Assembly (NCBI RefSeq): GCF_000142905.1
Contig: NW_013657645.1
Location: forward strand, 248,001 to 312,000
Direction: 5' to 3'
From: Thecamonas trahens ATCC 50062
Lineage: Eukaryota; Protista; Apusomonadida
DNA length: 64,000 nt
Part shown: piece after piece, positions 1 through 12,451 of the stretch
How the letters are laid out: each line of letters starts with the position of its first letter
Position numbering within the stretch: the stretch's first letter is position 1
Notes under the pieces: model-generated
What the model was told of the DNA's origin: nothing
What the model saw: only the letters and a program-made list of their open reading frames with translations
The model's database searches: none
Position numbers and translations under genes: made by a program

Positions 1-471
1 TGGGGGGGGTGGGTGGGTAGTGGCGGGGTGGGTGTGTGGGGGTGGGGGGGGTGTTCGGTGGCTGTTCGGCGGGTGGGCGGGTGTTCGGCGGGTGGGCGGG
101 TGTTCGGCGGGTGGGCGGGGTGAAGGGGAGGGGGGGGGTGTGTGACCAGGTGATGACGGAGCAGAAGCAATGGGCATCATGCCGATGGAGGGGAGGGGGA
201 TGGTGGGATAGTGGTGGTGGATGGGATAGTGGTGGTGGATGGGATGGTGGCTGTGGTGGCTGTGGTGGCTTTGGTGGTGCTTGCTACTGGCGATGACACC
301 ATCGACCATCCAGGTGGGCTGTGGAGGATGGGGGAGGGGGGGGGGGGGGTGGTGGAGGGGAGGGGAGGGGAGGGGGGAGGGCGAGGTGGGCTGTCTCTCC
401 CTCCTCCTCCTCCCCCTCCTCCTCCTCCCCTCCCTCCACCCCTCCACACTACCCGTCTCGGTATCTCCGCC

Positions 472-1862
472 ATGGCTGCTGCCACACGCACAGGCTTTGG
501 CCACGAGCACGACGCCTTTGTCCGTGCGGTGCCGGTCAAGCACGTACGTCCCGGGAGGAAGGGAGAGGGGGAGGCAGAGGAGGCACACCCCGCCATGGTG
601 GCACACACTCACACATGCGACTGCAACACCACCCCGGACTGGCATGGCACCACCACGGACTGGCATGGCACCTCCACGGACTGGCATGGCACCACCACGG
701 ACTGGCATGGCACCACCACGGACTGGCATGGCACCACCACGGACTGGCATGGCACCACCACGGACTGGCATATGACACCCTCACGGGCTCGGTTGCCCTG
801 TTACCCACTCGGATGACATCGCGCACGCTACGCCATGCGAGGAGACAGGCCACGGTGGACGACGAGTACGTGACGTACTACGATGTGGGCCCACGGAGCG
901 TGACCGGGGCAGAGACGAGCAGCAGGCTCGAGGGCGACGAAACCACTCCGCCACTGATATGCATCGGCGGCCTGGCCGAGTCGGCAGCGTGCTTCTTCCG
1001 ACAGCTGCTCTCGCTGGGATCGCTCGGCTATCGTGTGGTGGCCCTCTCGCTGCCGCCGCGCCAAACGTTTCCAGGCCTGGCAGCTGTGGTGATCGGCCTC
1101 TGCGCCCACCTTGGCATCGACCGCGCTGTGCTTGTTGGCTCGGGCCTCGGCGGGTTTGTGGCTCAGGTCGTTACGCAAGAGTGTCCGGACCTGGCTGCCG
1201 GCCTGGTCCTCATCAACGCATTTGTGGACCTGGCGCACTTTGCCTCTGACCTCTCGTGCGTCCCACTCATCGGCTTTATGCCCGACGTCATCATCCGCCG
1301 CAAGCTGCTCTCGCGGCTGCCGTCGGGGCTTGTCGCTCCCGAGGTGGCCGACTCGATCGACTTTATGGTCGAGCAGGTTGAGCAGCTCCCGCGCAACGCC
1401 ATCATCTCCCGCTGCCGGGCTCTGGCCTCGCACTACGACCTCGACGGACCGGTCCCGCTCGATGAGGACCACATCCTCATCATCGACGCACTCGACGACG
1501 TCGCTGTCCCGCCCAAAGCCCGCGCCGAAGTGGTCAAGTTTTATCCCAACGCCCGGGTTGCGGAGCTCAAGACCGGCTCCAACTTTCCGCACCTAGCTGT
1601 CGCCCTCGACGTCCACATGCACATGCAGGTTTTCTTCCGCGCCTGCGGCTGGGCTCCGGCCAACTCGGAGCCCGACGAGCCCGAGCCAGCTGACCACCCG
1701 TCGAACTCCGAGCCGCTACCGGATGCGTCGAGCATGCCGTTCCCCACCGCCACGCTCCCGTCGTGGTCTTCGGCCTCGGCCGCACCCGCACCCGTTGTCT
1801 TTGACTCGTTCTCTGGCGGCTTTGACGAAGCCGACGACGAGGACGCCGCCGACTTTTTCTAA
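472..1862 (+). CDS. SPG21: Maspardin (SPG21/ACP33) alpha/beta-hydrolase-fold protein; join(472..543,849..1862)
   Basis: Spliced product MAAATRTGFGHEHDAFVRAVPVKH|ATVDDEYVTYYDVGPRS...FFRQLLSLGSLGYRVVALSLP...DSIDFMVEQVEQL...YPNARVAELKTGSNFP matches maspardin motifs. GTACGT donor at 544 and CAG acceptor at 846-848 keep the frame. Confidence 0.9.
627..771 (+). repeat. 21-bp tandem repeat (CACCACCACGGACTGGCATGG) x ~7 inside the maspardin intron
   Basis: Near-identical units are directly visible. They explain the spurious TTTDWHG/HHHGLAW repeats in the ORF track. Confidence 0.95.
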
Positions 1863-1885
1863 CTACAACTCCCTTTGTGGCACGG

Positions 1886-3478
1886 TCATTGAGGCGTCGG
1901 TGACGCGAGGTCCATGCTCACGACTTGGGCCCGTCCGCTCTGCTGGCGCGGCACGGCGCCCTGCTCCTGTACGCCGCCATTCCATGCTGACGCCGACGCC
2001 GACGCGGGCCCACCGGCTTCGCCCGAGTCCGACGACGACATGCCGGTCTCAATGATCGAGACCGGCGCGAGATTCATGCCTGAGATCCCGTTAGCAGCAC
2101 CGTCATCATCGTCGGTTGTGTAGTCATCCGGAAGCTCGACAATGCGCGGCGAAGACGAGATGACGCTGGGTTTGGCGCGCTGCGGCCACACAGGGTGGCT
2201 CGATGACGCGTACGGCGTTGCTTGCGACGAGCACGAGTAGTATGTGCGGACACCGCGCCCGCGCCCATACCCGTGACCGCTTGCCCGCCGCCTCGACTCT
2301 CGCCTCCGCACCGACGACGACGATGACGACGACGAGACTGAGCGAGAGCCGCTGCCAAACTGAAGAACACTAGGCGTGGCCGCTTGCCGCGAGTTGCTTG
2401 CGAGCACAAGCTCGCGGCCCTTGGGCGTCAGCGGGGTTGGCCACAGCGGCCCAACCAGTGATGACGAAGAGACCGGCAGCCGCGACGGCGACGGGGCCGT
2501 GAAGCTTGCCAGTGAATCGACCGAGAGCTTGGGCGTGTTGGGCCAGAGCGAATCCCCGTCCTGTGACCGATAGAGCGCAAGAGACTGGCAGGTGTTGCTC
2601 AGGTAGGCCGACAGATCGGCGCACGATGTCAAGGAATCTGCACGGAGTGCGTGCCGGCGCTTGGCCGGGCGCAGAGCCCGATCGGCCAGCCGCGCCAACT
2701 CGTCGTCGGTGCACTCACTCCCACTAAACTCGCCCGACATGCGGCGGCGCTTCAGCCCCGCGGGCACGTCCGTCGGCGACAGCAAGGCCGACGAGCGCAG
2801 GTCGATGTCGGGCGGGAGTGAGCAGGCCGGGTCACGGTCATCGGCCAGGCCCTTGGGCCGCTTGGCCACAAATAGCGCCTCCATCGCCTGCGCCGCCGCC
2901 GGCGACCTCAGCCGTTTGCGGAGCGCCGATGTCCGGCGCGGGCGGGCGCAGACGAGGGTGCCCGACCCGGGCCTACCCGGCCCGTCATGACCGCGAGTCG
3001 CCAGCAGCCGCGGCACCTTGGACTGGCGCCCCGCGTCCGGCGGTGGTACCCGGACAGAAGACCCTGCGCCGTGGGAAGCATGTGACATGGCATGTGCCGG
3101 CGGCGAGTGTGCCATGGGCGCAGGGCTGGCCACCGTCGCGCCCGTAGCCTCAAGCATTTGTGAAGGAACATGCGGCGAGTCACGCCGGCGCTTGCGCGAT
3201 AAGCTCGCCATGGTGGAGACGGCCATGCCCCCGCCCAGCTCCCCGGCCTGTGCGCTGTCAATCACTGATCCAGTCGTCGTTGCTCTCTCTTCCGTCTCTC
3301 CCTTGTCTGCCGAGTCTGTCTCCGTCTGCGATGCGGAGCTTGTGTGACCGAGAGAGCGCTGTAGTGAGGAAAGTGGCTGTGAGCAGTATTGGCGGCCTGT
3401 CCGAGTCTCGCCGCATTCATGATGCCGACATGTCCCGACAGAAGCTGATCTTTGCCCGAATTTGGCCATTGCCTCCAA
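1886..3478 (-). CDS. Hypothetical Ser/Pro/Arg-rich protein with several NLS-like basic clusters (start may be the internal MAVSTMASLSRKRRR)
   Basis: 530-aa ORF filling the space between maspardin and the F-box gene. Contains RKRRR, RKRLR, KRPK, KRRR and PAKRR clusters. No recognisable domain. Confidence 0.5.
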   Translation of the reverse strand: MEAMAKFGQRSASVGTCRHHECGETRTGRQYCSQPLSSLQRSLGHTSSASQTETDSADKGETEERATTTGSVIDSAQAGELGGGMAVSTMASLSRKRRRDSPHVPSQMLEATGATVASPAPMAHSPPAHAMSHASHGAGSSVRVPPPDAGRQSKVPRLLATRGHDGPGRPGSGTLVCARPRRTSALRKRLRSPAAAQAMEALFVAKRPKGLADDRDPACSLPPDIDLRSSALLSPTDVPAGLKRRRMSGEFSGSECTDDELARLADRALRPAKRRHALRADSLTSCADLSAYLSNTCQSLALYRSQDGDSLWPNTPKLSVDSLASFTAPSPSRLPVSSSSLVGPLWPTPLTPKGRELVLASNSRQAATPSVLQFGSGSRSVSSSSSSSSVRRRESRRRASGHGYGRGRGVRTYYSCSSQATPYASSSHPVWPQRAKPSVISSSPRIVELPDDYTTDDDDGAANGISGMNLAPVSIIETGMSSSDSGEAGGPASASASAWNGGVQEQGAVPRQQSGRAQVVSMDLASPTPQ

Positions 3479-3623
3479 TGTTCATGAAGCCTCGGCCCAC
3501 ACTCATCCCGAATTCCCCGCTCGCCTGTCCGGCCTGGCCGGCTGCCGCCACCCGCCCGCCCGCCACCCGCCCGCCCACCTGCCGCCAACCGGCCACCCGA
3601 CCACTTGACCACCTGCACAGTCC

Positions 3624-5281
3624 ATGGCGGACGACGGGGCACACGCCACGTCCCCCTCTCCCTCCGCCACCTCATCCTCTCCACCCTCCTCTCCCTCGTC
3701 CTCCTGGTCCGATGACTGGTGGTCGTCGTCGGCGGCCTCGGGCCCAGCCTCGGCCCTGGGCTTGTCGGTCGGCTCCCCGCCTTGCCGACCGACGCCTGCG
3801 CGCGCCCAGCCCGAGCCGGAGCCGGAGCCCGAGTCGGAGCCAGCCCCGCCACTGGCCCTGGCGCCTATCTCACAGGCTGACTCGCCTATGGCGTGCGGCT
3901 TCTCTGCGCTCCCGACGGAGCTCGTGCTGCTGGTGTTCTCGTTCCTGGCGCCCAGCGAGCTGGCGACGGCGGCGCGGGTGTGCCGGGCGTGGCGGGCGGC
4001 AGCTTCGGACAACGCGGTGTGGCGGCCGCACGCACTGCAGCGGGCGTGGCACCCGCGGACCCGTCTGTCATCGTGTGACTCGCCGCTCGGCACTCCACGT
4101 GCGGTCCTGGCGCGCGTGCCTTCGGTCCGTCTCCGACATCGTGCGCTTCATCGCGTTCTCTGGCCTGCCGACGAGGGGCGCGACGAGGGCGGCGGCGGCC
4201 GATCGGATCAACAGAGCGACGAGAACGAGCCGGTAGCGGCGGCGTCATCGTCGTGGAAGCAGCTGTATGAGCAGCGGGCACGGCTTCGGGCGCAGTGGCA
4301 GGGCGATGGCGAGGCGTGGGCGAGCGTCAAGCCCGGGCACACTTCGCGCATCACCGACGTGGCGGTGTGGGGCGAGCTGGTTTGCTCAGCGTCACGCGAG
4401 AGCATCCGTGCGGTGCGGCTGGAGACTGGCGACAGCGAACCGACTCGGCTGTGGTCGCGATCGTGCGCCAAAGGAGCAGTGACAACGTGCGCGCCCTTGC
4501 GCTGATGCTGGGGAGCAGAGCGGCGGACGGACCTCCGCTGCAGCTTCTGGCAGGCCTCGACTCGGGCGTGCACTGCCTTGCTCCCGACTCGGGCGTCCAT
4601 ACCGCACACATCGAGACACCGACGGGCGTGGTGGCGCTGGCGGCTGGTGAGACGACGGCGGTGGTGGCAACTCGCGGCGAAGCAGTCCTGGTCTACGACG
4701 TCGACGCCGGGCGGCGTGTGTGGGCGTCGCCGTCACTCGGAGCTGAGATGCCCGGCGTCGCCTGCGACGGCCGGCACCAGGCGTTTGTGCCAGTGGCGCG
4801 GGCAGTGCATGTTTTTGACACGCGGGCTGCCGCTGCTGCCGGGCCAGCGTGGACCGCCCTCGGCGCCAACGGCCTTATCACCGGCATCGTCGCCGACGCA
4901 TCGGGCGCCGAGCTCCGACACGGCCCAGTCCCGCGGGTTATGACCAGCGATCTGGCTGGGTGTGTATGCGTATGGGACATGCGCCGCGGCGAGATACCTT
5001 TGACACGGCTGACTTGCGGCTCGGGCGCCCCGCTCCTTGGCCTCCATGCCAACGACGCCGCAGTCGCTGCGGTCACCTTTGACAAGCGGATCGAGGTTTG
5101 GTCCCTCGATGCCGACTTTGCCCACCTTGCCCGCCTTGCGGTCAAACGGTTTACTCCGCGCGCGCCCCGGCTCGACGACACCCGCATCATCTTTGGCTGC
5201 GGCACTGCACTGCGCATCTTCCATCGCGCGCAGCCTTCTCCACCTTCCATCCTCCTTGCCTCCTCGAGCGGGAGGCCTTGA
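3624..5281 (+). CDS. F-box/WD40-repeat protein (frame change near 4470-4475: 1-nt deletion or tiny intron)
   Basis: F-box FSALPTELVLLVFSFLAPSELATAARVCRAWRAAASDNAVWR in ORF 3624..4505. WD-like strands (GHTSRITDV, VLVYDV, VHVFDTR, VCVWDMR, IEVWSL) continue in ORF 4295..5281. Confidence 0.8.
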
Positions 5282-5494
5282 CCCGCGGTATCACGCCGTC
5301 CATGAATACCTGCCGACCCCCACCCGACCCCCACCCGATCACTAGCCGACCCCCAGCCGACCCCTAGCCGACCCCCAGCCGGCCACCAGCCGGCCACCAG
5401 CCGGCCGCCAGCCGGCCGCCAGCTGACAGGTCGACCCCCAGCCGACAGGCCGACCTGCGGCAGCACCTCCCTCACCCGACTGCAAGCCCCCACC

Positions 5495-6058
5495 ATGTAC
5501 GCCGCCTCTCCTCCTCCTCATCCCCTCCCCTCCCCCCACAGGTCCGCCGACGAGGTCGTGGTCGCCGCCGACGCGGTGGTAGAGGGCGCAGTGACGCTCG
5601 GTGCCGGCTGCATCGTGCATCCCAAGGCTGTTCTCCGGGCGACGGCCGGATCGGCGCTTGTGCTCGGGCGCGGGTGTGTGGTGGAGGAGCTGGCGGTGGT
5701 GGAGAGCACCGCAGCGGACGGGACCATGGTGTTGGGTGCGGGCAACGTGGTGTGTGTCGGCGCCGTCGTCCGCGACTCGTCGCTGGGTGATAACAACCTC
5801 CTGCGTGCTCGCTGTGTCCTTGACAGTGCCACTCTCGGTGACAGCTGCATCATAGGCGCGTCCTGTCTCCTGCCCACCGGCTACGTCGCCCCAGATCGCG
5901 CCTCCATCGTCGGCAACCCGCCCGTCGTCGCCACCGTCCACCCGGCCGTCGCCGCCGTCTCGGCCACCCGCCACACTGCCCTCCGCGACCTTCTCGGCTC
6001 AGCCCTCCCCAAGTTCCACCACCTCCGCGACGACGTCGCCACCTCTACCGGCTCCTGA
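5495..6058 (+). CDS. DCTN6: Dynactin subunit p27 (left-handed beta-helix); probable 45-nt intron 5497..5541
   Basis: Hexapeptide repeats GAVTLGAGCIVHPKA, LGRGCVVEE, MVLGAGNV, LGDNN, SCIIGASC, and C-terminal LPKFHHL typical of p27. Confidence 0.88.
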   Translation: MYAASPPPHPLPSPHRSADEVVVAADAVVEGAVTLGAGCIVHPKAVLRATAGSALVLGRGCVVEELAVVESTAADGTMVLGAGNVVCVGAVVRDSSLGDNNLLRARCVLDSATLGDSCIIGASCLLPTGYVAPDRASIVGNPPVVATVHPAVAAVSATRHTALRDLLGSALPKFHHLRDDVATSTGS

Positions 6059-6240
6059 TCGTGTCTCAACTGTCTCTGCACCGCAGCTGCCACGGGCATC
6101 GGAGCCGAGCTCGACATGCGCCATCGCCACGGCCAGGGCCTGGCCAGGGGCGGCGAGTCTGATCTCTCTCTCTCTCTTTCTCTTTCTCTCTCCCCTTGCA
6201 GCCGACCGGTAGCCGCCGTCTGCGAGTGGCCGTGGCCGAC

Positions 6241-8534
6241 ATGCGGCTGAGGGCACCAGGCCCAGGCCCCGACCGGCCACAGGCACCACCGCCGCAGGCG
6301 CCACCCAGGCGTCTCGCCAGTACACACCGCTCGACCGCCAGCCACAGCGCGCCCATGTCCGCCCCGGCCCCCCACCCGGCCGCGGCCTCATGGCCCCCCA
6401 CCCCCACAGCCTGGCTCGCGGCAGCCTCGGCGGCCATGGGTACGCCGCCCCACCGCCCGCCTCAACCGCCCCATGGACGCCTCTATCACCCAACCGCCCC
6501 ATTCCACTGGTGACCCGNNNNNNNNNNNNNNNNNNNNNNNNNNNNNNNNNNNNNNNNNNNNNNNNNNNNNNNNNNNNNNNNNNNNNNNNNNNNNNNNNNN
6601 NNNNNNNNNNNNNNNNNGTCGCCGCCGCTCTTGCTGCCGCGGCCTCGTCGGCCTCGCCCTCCGCCCTTGACCCACCCTCCGCCCTCGACATGGCCGTCCG
6701 CCTCGACGCCTGGCCCGGGCGGTCAGGCATGGCCCCGTCTGCCGCACCGCCGGTCTTTGTCCCTGCCCTCCTCGCCGCCTGCCCGCCTCCCCGGCTGGCC
6801 GCAGAGTATGCCGCCTCGCTCACCGCGGCGCCCGGCTCGGTCGATGCAGCCGGTGCTGCGGTAGTGGTCGCCGCTCTGAGAGCCGCAAAGCGCCTCAGCC
6901 CGGACAATGCGGCTGTCATCGCAGATGCGCTCGTTGATCACTGGCTGCCGGTCTGGGCCGCTGCTGTGGCAGAGCTTGCTATTGTGGCCGCTGGCCCGCG
7001 CCTGGCGGAGGTAAGTCTCTTTGGCTTCCTCTACCGCATGCTCACCGCATCCGTGGGCGTCTCAAAACCGCACACCATTCTCGAGCGGCTGGTGCAGAGC
7101 GCGCACTCGGCGCTCACCTTTCGTCTGGTGGTCTGGACCTGCGATCTGGGCATTGCCGCCGGCGTTGCTGCCGTCGCTTGGTCCCGCCCGCGCGGCTGGC
7201 AAACTTGGGCCGCTGCCCCCTCGCCGGGCATTGTTCGCGCCCAGCAGACCCTCGCCTGGATCCGCGCCCGGGTCCTCCCGCATTCGGGCCATCTTGCGCT
7301 CGAGTGGGGCGCCCGCGTTGGCGTTGCCTGCGTCGAGGCACTGAGCGCCGCCCGCGAAAAGGTCTCCCCGCGCTGCACGCCCACCTTTGTCCTTGACGTT
7401 GCCCTCGCCGCAGACGCCCTTGCTGCGCATGTCGAGTTGACGCTGGCCACCTTGGCGGTCGCCTGCGCCATCCCGCCGGCCCAGCTACCCGACACGCTCC
7501 GCGCCGCCGCTGCAGACGTTCTGCTGCAGGTTTCGGTCCGCCGCCACATCCGCGTTGCCATGGCTGCTGTCGACAGCCTCCTTGTCTTGCAGGACCTCGC
7601 TCTCTCCGACCTCGCCGCGGCCTTGCCAAACTCCTCGATTCGCATGCAGCGCGATGTTGTTGCTGCAATCCGCAAGGCCAACGTCTACGCTGCCACCCAC
7701 GCTGCGCGCGAGCTGGGGCGTCCTGCAGTTGCCAAGCTCGGCGCCCACCCGGTCCGCCACCTCTTGCGGCCCGCCGCTCGACAGGCGTCACTGCTGCCAG
7801 CGCCGGTAGTCCTGAGCGCGTGGCTAGAGGCAGAGGGCCCACGTGGCATCGTCGCTCTGCTGGATGTACCTCCTTCGGCCATGGCATCGGAGACTCGCGA
7901 GGTCCTCGTCCGCACCACCCTCGCCACCGTTGTTCTCTTTGCTGCTATTCCGCTCCGCGAGTGGTTTGCTGCTGTTCTCGACGCTGATCTTGCTGCAACA
8001 GCGGACGCCACCGCGCTCCGTGGCAACTCGACTCTGCTACGGTTCGTAGTGCGCGCCGTCTCACTCGCCGCGCACCCGCTCCTGGCAGCGTCAGCGCTCC
8101 GTCTGGTCAAGGCAGGCACCTGCGGCGTCGACGACGTGCTCAACGCAATGGGCACGGCCGTTGCCTCAGCGCCACTCCTGAGACTCCTAGGCGAACTACT
8201 GAGCTTGGTCATTGCCCGAACCAGCCGGCAAGTCGGCGTGGCCTTCTTCTTCCTCCGCGTAGTCTCGCCCACGCTCATCGATGTCGATCCGACGTCGGCC
8301 GACATTCTGGCGCTCTCGCGGAGCCTGCAGAACCTTGCATCGAGCGCCGAGGCGGATGCCCGCATCGACACTGTTGTCGACGCTGCGCTGCAGGCCGCCG
8401 AGACTCAGCCTACGATGGGCCCAGACGATCGGTGGCGGTTGGAGGAGCTGGTGCGGTGCCGCGAGGCGCTGGACGTAGACTCGGGTCCGGCGCCGACTTG
8501 GCTCCTTGAGCGCATGGCGGCGACGAGTGTGTAG
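6241..8534 (+). CDS. Protein with a degenerate C-terminal RasGAP domain; 5' structure uncertain (GTACGC donor at 6440, assembly gap 6518-6617)
   Basis: ALRGNS (Arg-finger-like), FFFLRVVSPTL and LSRSLQNLAS correspond to RasGAP FRxNS, FLR and KxLQNLAN. Confidence 0.65.
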
Positions 8535-8546
8535 CTGTTGTTTGCT

Positions 8547-11500
8547 TTACGCAGCGGCGGTGAGGACGTGGGCGAGCGAGGCAATGAACATGTCCACAAG
8601 AGTGGCAGCCGGTGTGCGGACCGAGACGTGGGTCGACGTTGAGGTGACCCGGACCTCGGAGAGGAACGGCGCCTCGCCGATGGAGGCGCAGAAGAAGGCG
8701 ATACGGGTGCCGTCGTCCGAGACGCGCGAGGCGATAAGATGGACGTTGAACTGGGAAGTGGCGAGCGAGTCAAAGTCGCCCACCGAGAGGCCGGGCACCT
8801 CGCGGACCGTCTCGAGCGCCTCCATGTTGCGCCAGCCCTGCAGGAAGACGCCGCGCTCGATGGTGCTGCCGTCAAAGAACACAAAGAGAGGGACCGCAAC
8901 CTGAAAGTAGACAACGCCAGCGTTGGTCTGGATGGCGACCTGGAGCGCATCGAGCGGTGTGCCCTCGTAGCTTTGCGGCTTGGTGGCGTGCGAGAGAGGG
9001 AGCGTAACGGTCGTGCTGCCGCCGGTCGGAATGCTCTGGACGAGCGTGCCGAGTGCCACAGTCGGTGCAAGCGAGAACGTGTTCTTGTTGAACTGGACCG
9101 CAAACTGGTTCATAGCCACCATCGATCGGTTGGCGAGTTCGAGCACAAGGCCGACCGAGTTGCCATTGCGCACAAAGCCAGCATCGATCTGGAGACCCTT
9201 GCCGGCAGCAGACTCGAGAACGCGCGCGGTGGGTCCGGCAACCGAGCTCACGGCACTCGACGATGACCCGTTGGCCGGTCCGCCGAGCAAACCGTCCATG
9301 AGCAACGAGCCGGAGCTCGACGACGGGGCAGAAGGACTCGGTGATGCCGCAGGCGCCACCAGATCCAGCAACGATGCCGGAACAGCCGAAGCCGGAGCAG
9401 GCTCCGGCGTAGGTGTTGATGACATGAGGTCGATGAGCGAGCCGCCAGCGGGAGCTGCAGCCGGGGCAGCGGCGGGCGCCGGAGCAGGTGCAGAAGCCGG
9501 CGCCGGGGCGGGGGCGGCCGGCTGGTCCTGGGCAGGCCCGTCAGCCGCGACCGGTGACGGCTCCGGCGATGCCGCGCGGTCGTTGCGGGCATTCGGAGCA
9601 GCGGTCAGCGCGTCAAACGGCCGATGGTAGACCGAGGAGAGCTGCGAGATCTGCGAGAGAAGGTGCGAGAGGAGGCCAGGCTCGATGGCGGCCTCGTCTG
9701 ACGAGATGCGCGGGCGGTCAAAGATGAGCAGGCGCGCCGCGTCCGGCTTGGACGACAGCAGCCGCCAGTACATGTACGCACGGTCGCGAATGTCTGGATC
9801 GCGCGGATCGTTTGTGGCAAGGTCGAGCAGGCGAGTGACAAGCTGTTGAGCGTCGTTGGGCTTCTTGAGATAGCACTTGACGACGGCAGGCACCAGGGCG
9901 TCGCGGACGCACGTCGGATGCGCTTCCCAGTCGTCGAGCCACTCGTCGAGCATTTCCGCTGCAGCATCAGCAAGGTGCGCGTGCTCACCGAGGATCCAGA
10001 CCAGCGCGGCAAGCGCCTCGGGCGAGGCGATGCTGTCAGCAAGCTCCAGAACCTTGACGGCAGCGACCTCAAAGTCGTCTGGGTAGCGGCGGAGAATGTC
10101 CTGCAGCGCAATGGCCGTCTCCTCCACCAGTAGGTGCGACATGTGCGACTCGTTGCGCTGCGAGACCTGGATGGCGGTGAAAAGGGCCTTGACACCGAGG
10201 GCGGCCACATCGGGCAGTCGGATCGCCAGCGACTTGACTGCGCGGACTGCATGCTTGATGAGCACCGCATCGATGTCGACCATGTAGCTCGAAAGCTCCG
10301 AGAGGACAGCTTCGGCGTTGCGCGACGACGTCAGCCGCGCAAGCAGATCCACCTTGAGCGTTTTGACGTACGGCGGGTCGTCGTAGCGAACAAAGAACCG
10401 CGGAACCTCGTTGCGGAGCAGCAGCGGGTGTGCCTCGGCGATAAGCATCATCGACCGCAGCGCGACGTACGCAATCTCGGGTTCTGCAGAGACAAGCGAG
10501 CAGAGCGGCGCAGAGAGCTTCATCATGCTCGCCTGGATCGTGTTCTGGTTGCCCATGTACTTGACAAAGTGCAGGACAACGTTGACGGCCGAAAGGACTA
10601 CCGCAGGATTCGCATGCTGCAGGTGTGGCGTCGCACGCTCGACAACACGCTCGGCCGTATTCGTGTCCGGCGGGACAAACCGGACGAGCGAGTCAAGAAG
10701 AAAGACTTGACCCCACTCGTTGGCCTCAGTCAGCGCAGCAAGCATGTGCCGCAGCCGCGCCGCCGTGATCTGGAAGACAGGCTCGGGCGCCGAGTCGGAA
10801 ATGTCCGCCAGCGCCGCAACAGCGTTGGACACCACCGCCGCGTTCGGGTCCGAAACCAGGTCAACCAGAGCCTCCACAAAGCCCTGGTCGACCGCCAGCT
10901 CGGCATCAATGTCGTACAGCTTGGCCACGCACACCGCCGCTGTCTTGCGCACATATGGGTCGACATCGCCCAGTGCCGCACGCAGTGGGTCCGACAGGTA
11001 CTGCACAATCTCGTGGACCTGGATGCATGACATGGTGCGGATGGCGAGTGCCCGGATAAGCGGATTGTGCGACGCTGCGTCGCGCGTAAAGGTTGACACA
11101 GCCAGAATCGCCTTCTCCGGCTCGGTCTTGGCGTAGTTCATGAGGTAGAGATAGACCAGCTTCTTGAGCTCCAGGTTGGTCGTCTGGATGCACTTGAGCA
11201 CCTCCACAAACAGCGCACGCACGTCCTTCCCACTGTCATTGCCGCAATGATCTTCTTCATAGCCATGGCCTGATCGCCATCGTCCAACGACGCCAGCGCC
11301 CGCTTCAGCTCATGCACCTCGCCTGCCCCAGCCACAAAGTCAGCCACCGAGCAAGTCACAAAACCAGGTGACCAGCCACCACATCCCCACCACCACATCC
11401 ATTCCAGCTCGTGAGTGAGTCACTCCCTCTCCACAAGGCCACTGCCACCGCCATCCCTCATTCTTCCTCCTCCTCCCTCCCCTCCCCTCCCCTCCCCCCC

Positions 11501-11767
11501 TCCCCTCATTCCTTCCCTTCCCCCAGCCGCCGTCCCTCTCGCCGCCCATGCCCCCTCCCCCTCTTGCCCACCGCCTCCGACACATGCTTCCACCCTCTGC
11601 GACCACCCGCTTGTGTCCACCCCCTTCTCCCCTCCCCCTCCCGCCCTTCTCCCCTCTCCCCCCCCTTCCACCTTCTGCACGCATGCATGCCCTCTCCCCT
11701 TCTCCTCCTTCATTCCCTCCTCCTCCAGCTACCTACCTTTCTTGGTCGTGGTAAAGAAGTCCGCCAT
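8547..11767 (-). CDS. AP-1/AP-2 complex beta subunit (beta-adaptin); exon 1 11767..11737, intron 11736..11323, 1-nt frameshift at ~11229
   Basis: MADFFTTTKKG|EVHELK...KKIIAAMTVG[fs]KDVRALF...NLELKKLVYLYLMNYAK...NPLIRALAIRTM...DPYVRKTAA...DPDIRDRAYMYWRLL. Hinge has clathrin-box-like LIDL/LLDL; appendage has QFNKNTF. Confidence 0.95.
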
Positions 11768-12451
11768 TGGTGACGGGGCGTCAAGTCGTGTGCTGGCCAG
11801 AGAGACAGCCACCAGGGCAACAGACAGAGGCACCATTGTTTGGTCTCACAGTTCTGCCACTATCACCCCCCCCCCCTCCCTCCTCCTCCTCCTCCCCCAT
11901 CTCCCCCGCCTATGACCCACACCTCGTGTCTCTTCAGGCGGCCCCCCACCGACTTGCTCTTGCCCACGCCCCGCTTGCCCCGAGAGAGCCGAAGCTTCAG
12001 GCTGCCGATCTGCAGGTGGCGGAAAATGCGCTTGACCTGGATGCTGGTGAGTCTCTTCTATCTGAGACTGAGCCCAACGTCTATCGTTACCGAGGCCTAG
12101 GTTGCTTATCTGCTACTGAGCTAATGCCCATTTTGCCGACATGTCGCCGTGACACGGGCCTGACTATGCGCCTGACACAGATCAGCAGGTGCCCGAGTAA
12201 ATGTTGCGGAGATTCAGCCGCAGGTTGTTGCTGACGCGATTTGCCGCGCGAAGTGCAAGCTGTCGAGCCAATCTTGCTCATGNNNNNNNNNNNNNNNNNN
12301 NNNNNNNNNNNNNNNNNNNNNNNNNNNNNNNNNNNNNNNNNNNNNNNNNNNNNNNNNNNNNNNNNNNNNNNNNNNNNNNNNNCCCCCCCCCCATCTTCCC
12401 AACCGCAAGGTTAACAGAGGTCCCGTCTCTCTCACACTCTCTTCCAAAGTA

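Noticed and set aside
211-853. ORFs with TTTDWHG, HHHGLAW or APPRTGM peptide repeats
   Set aside because: They are translations of the 21-bp intronic tandem repeat in maspardin.
11767-12282. 155-aa ORF or possible small gene before the gap
   Set aside because: No recognisable homology, it includes a promoter-type C-run, and the region is cut off by the gap. Cannot be supported.
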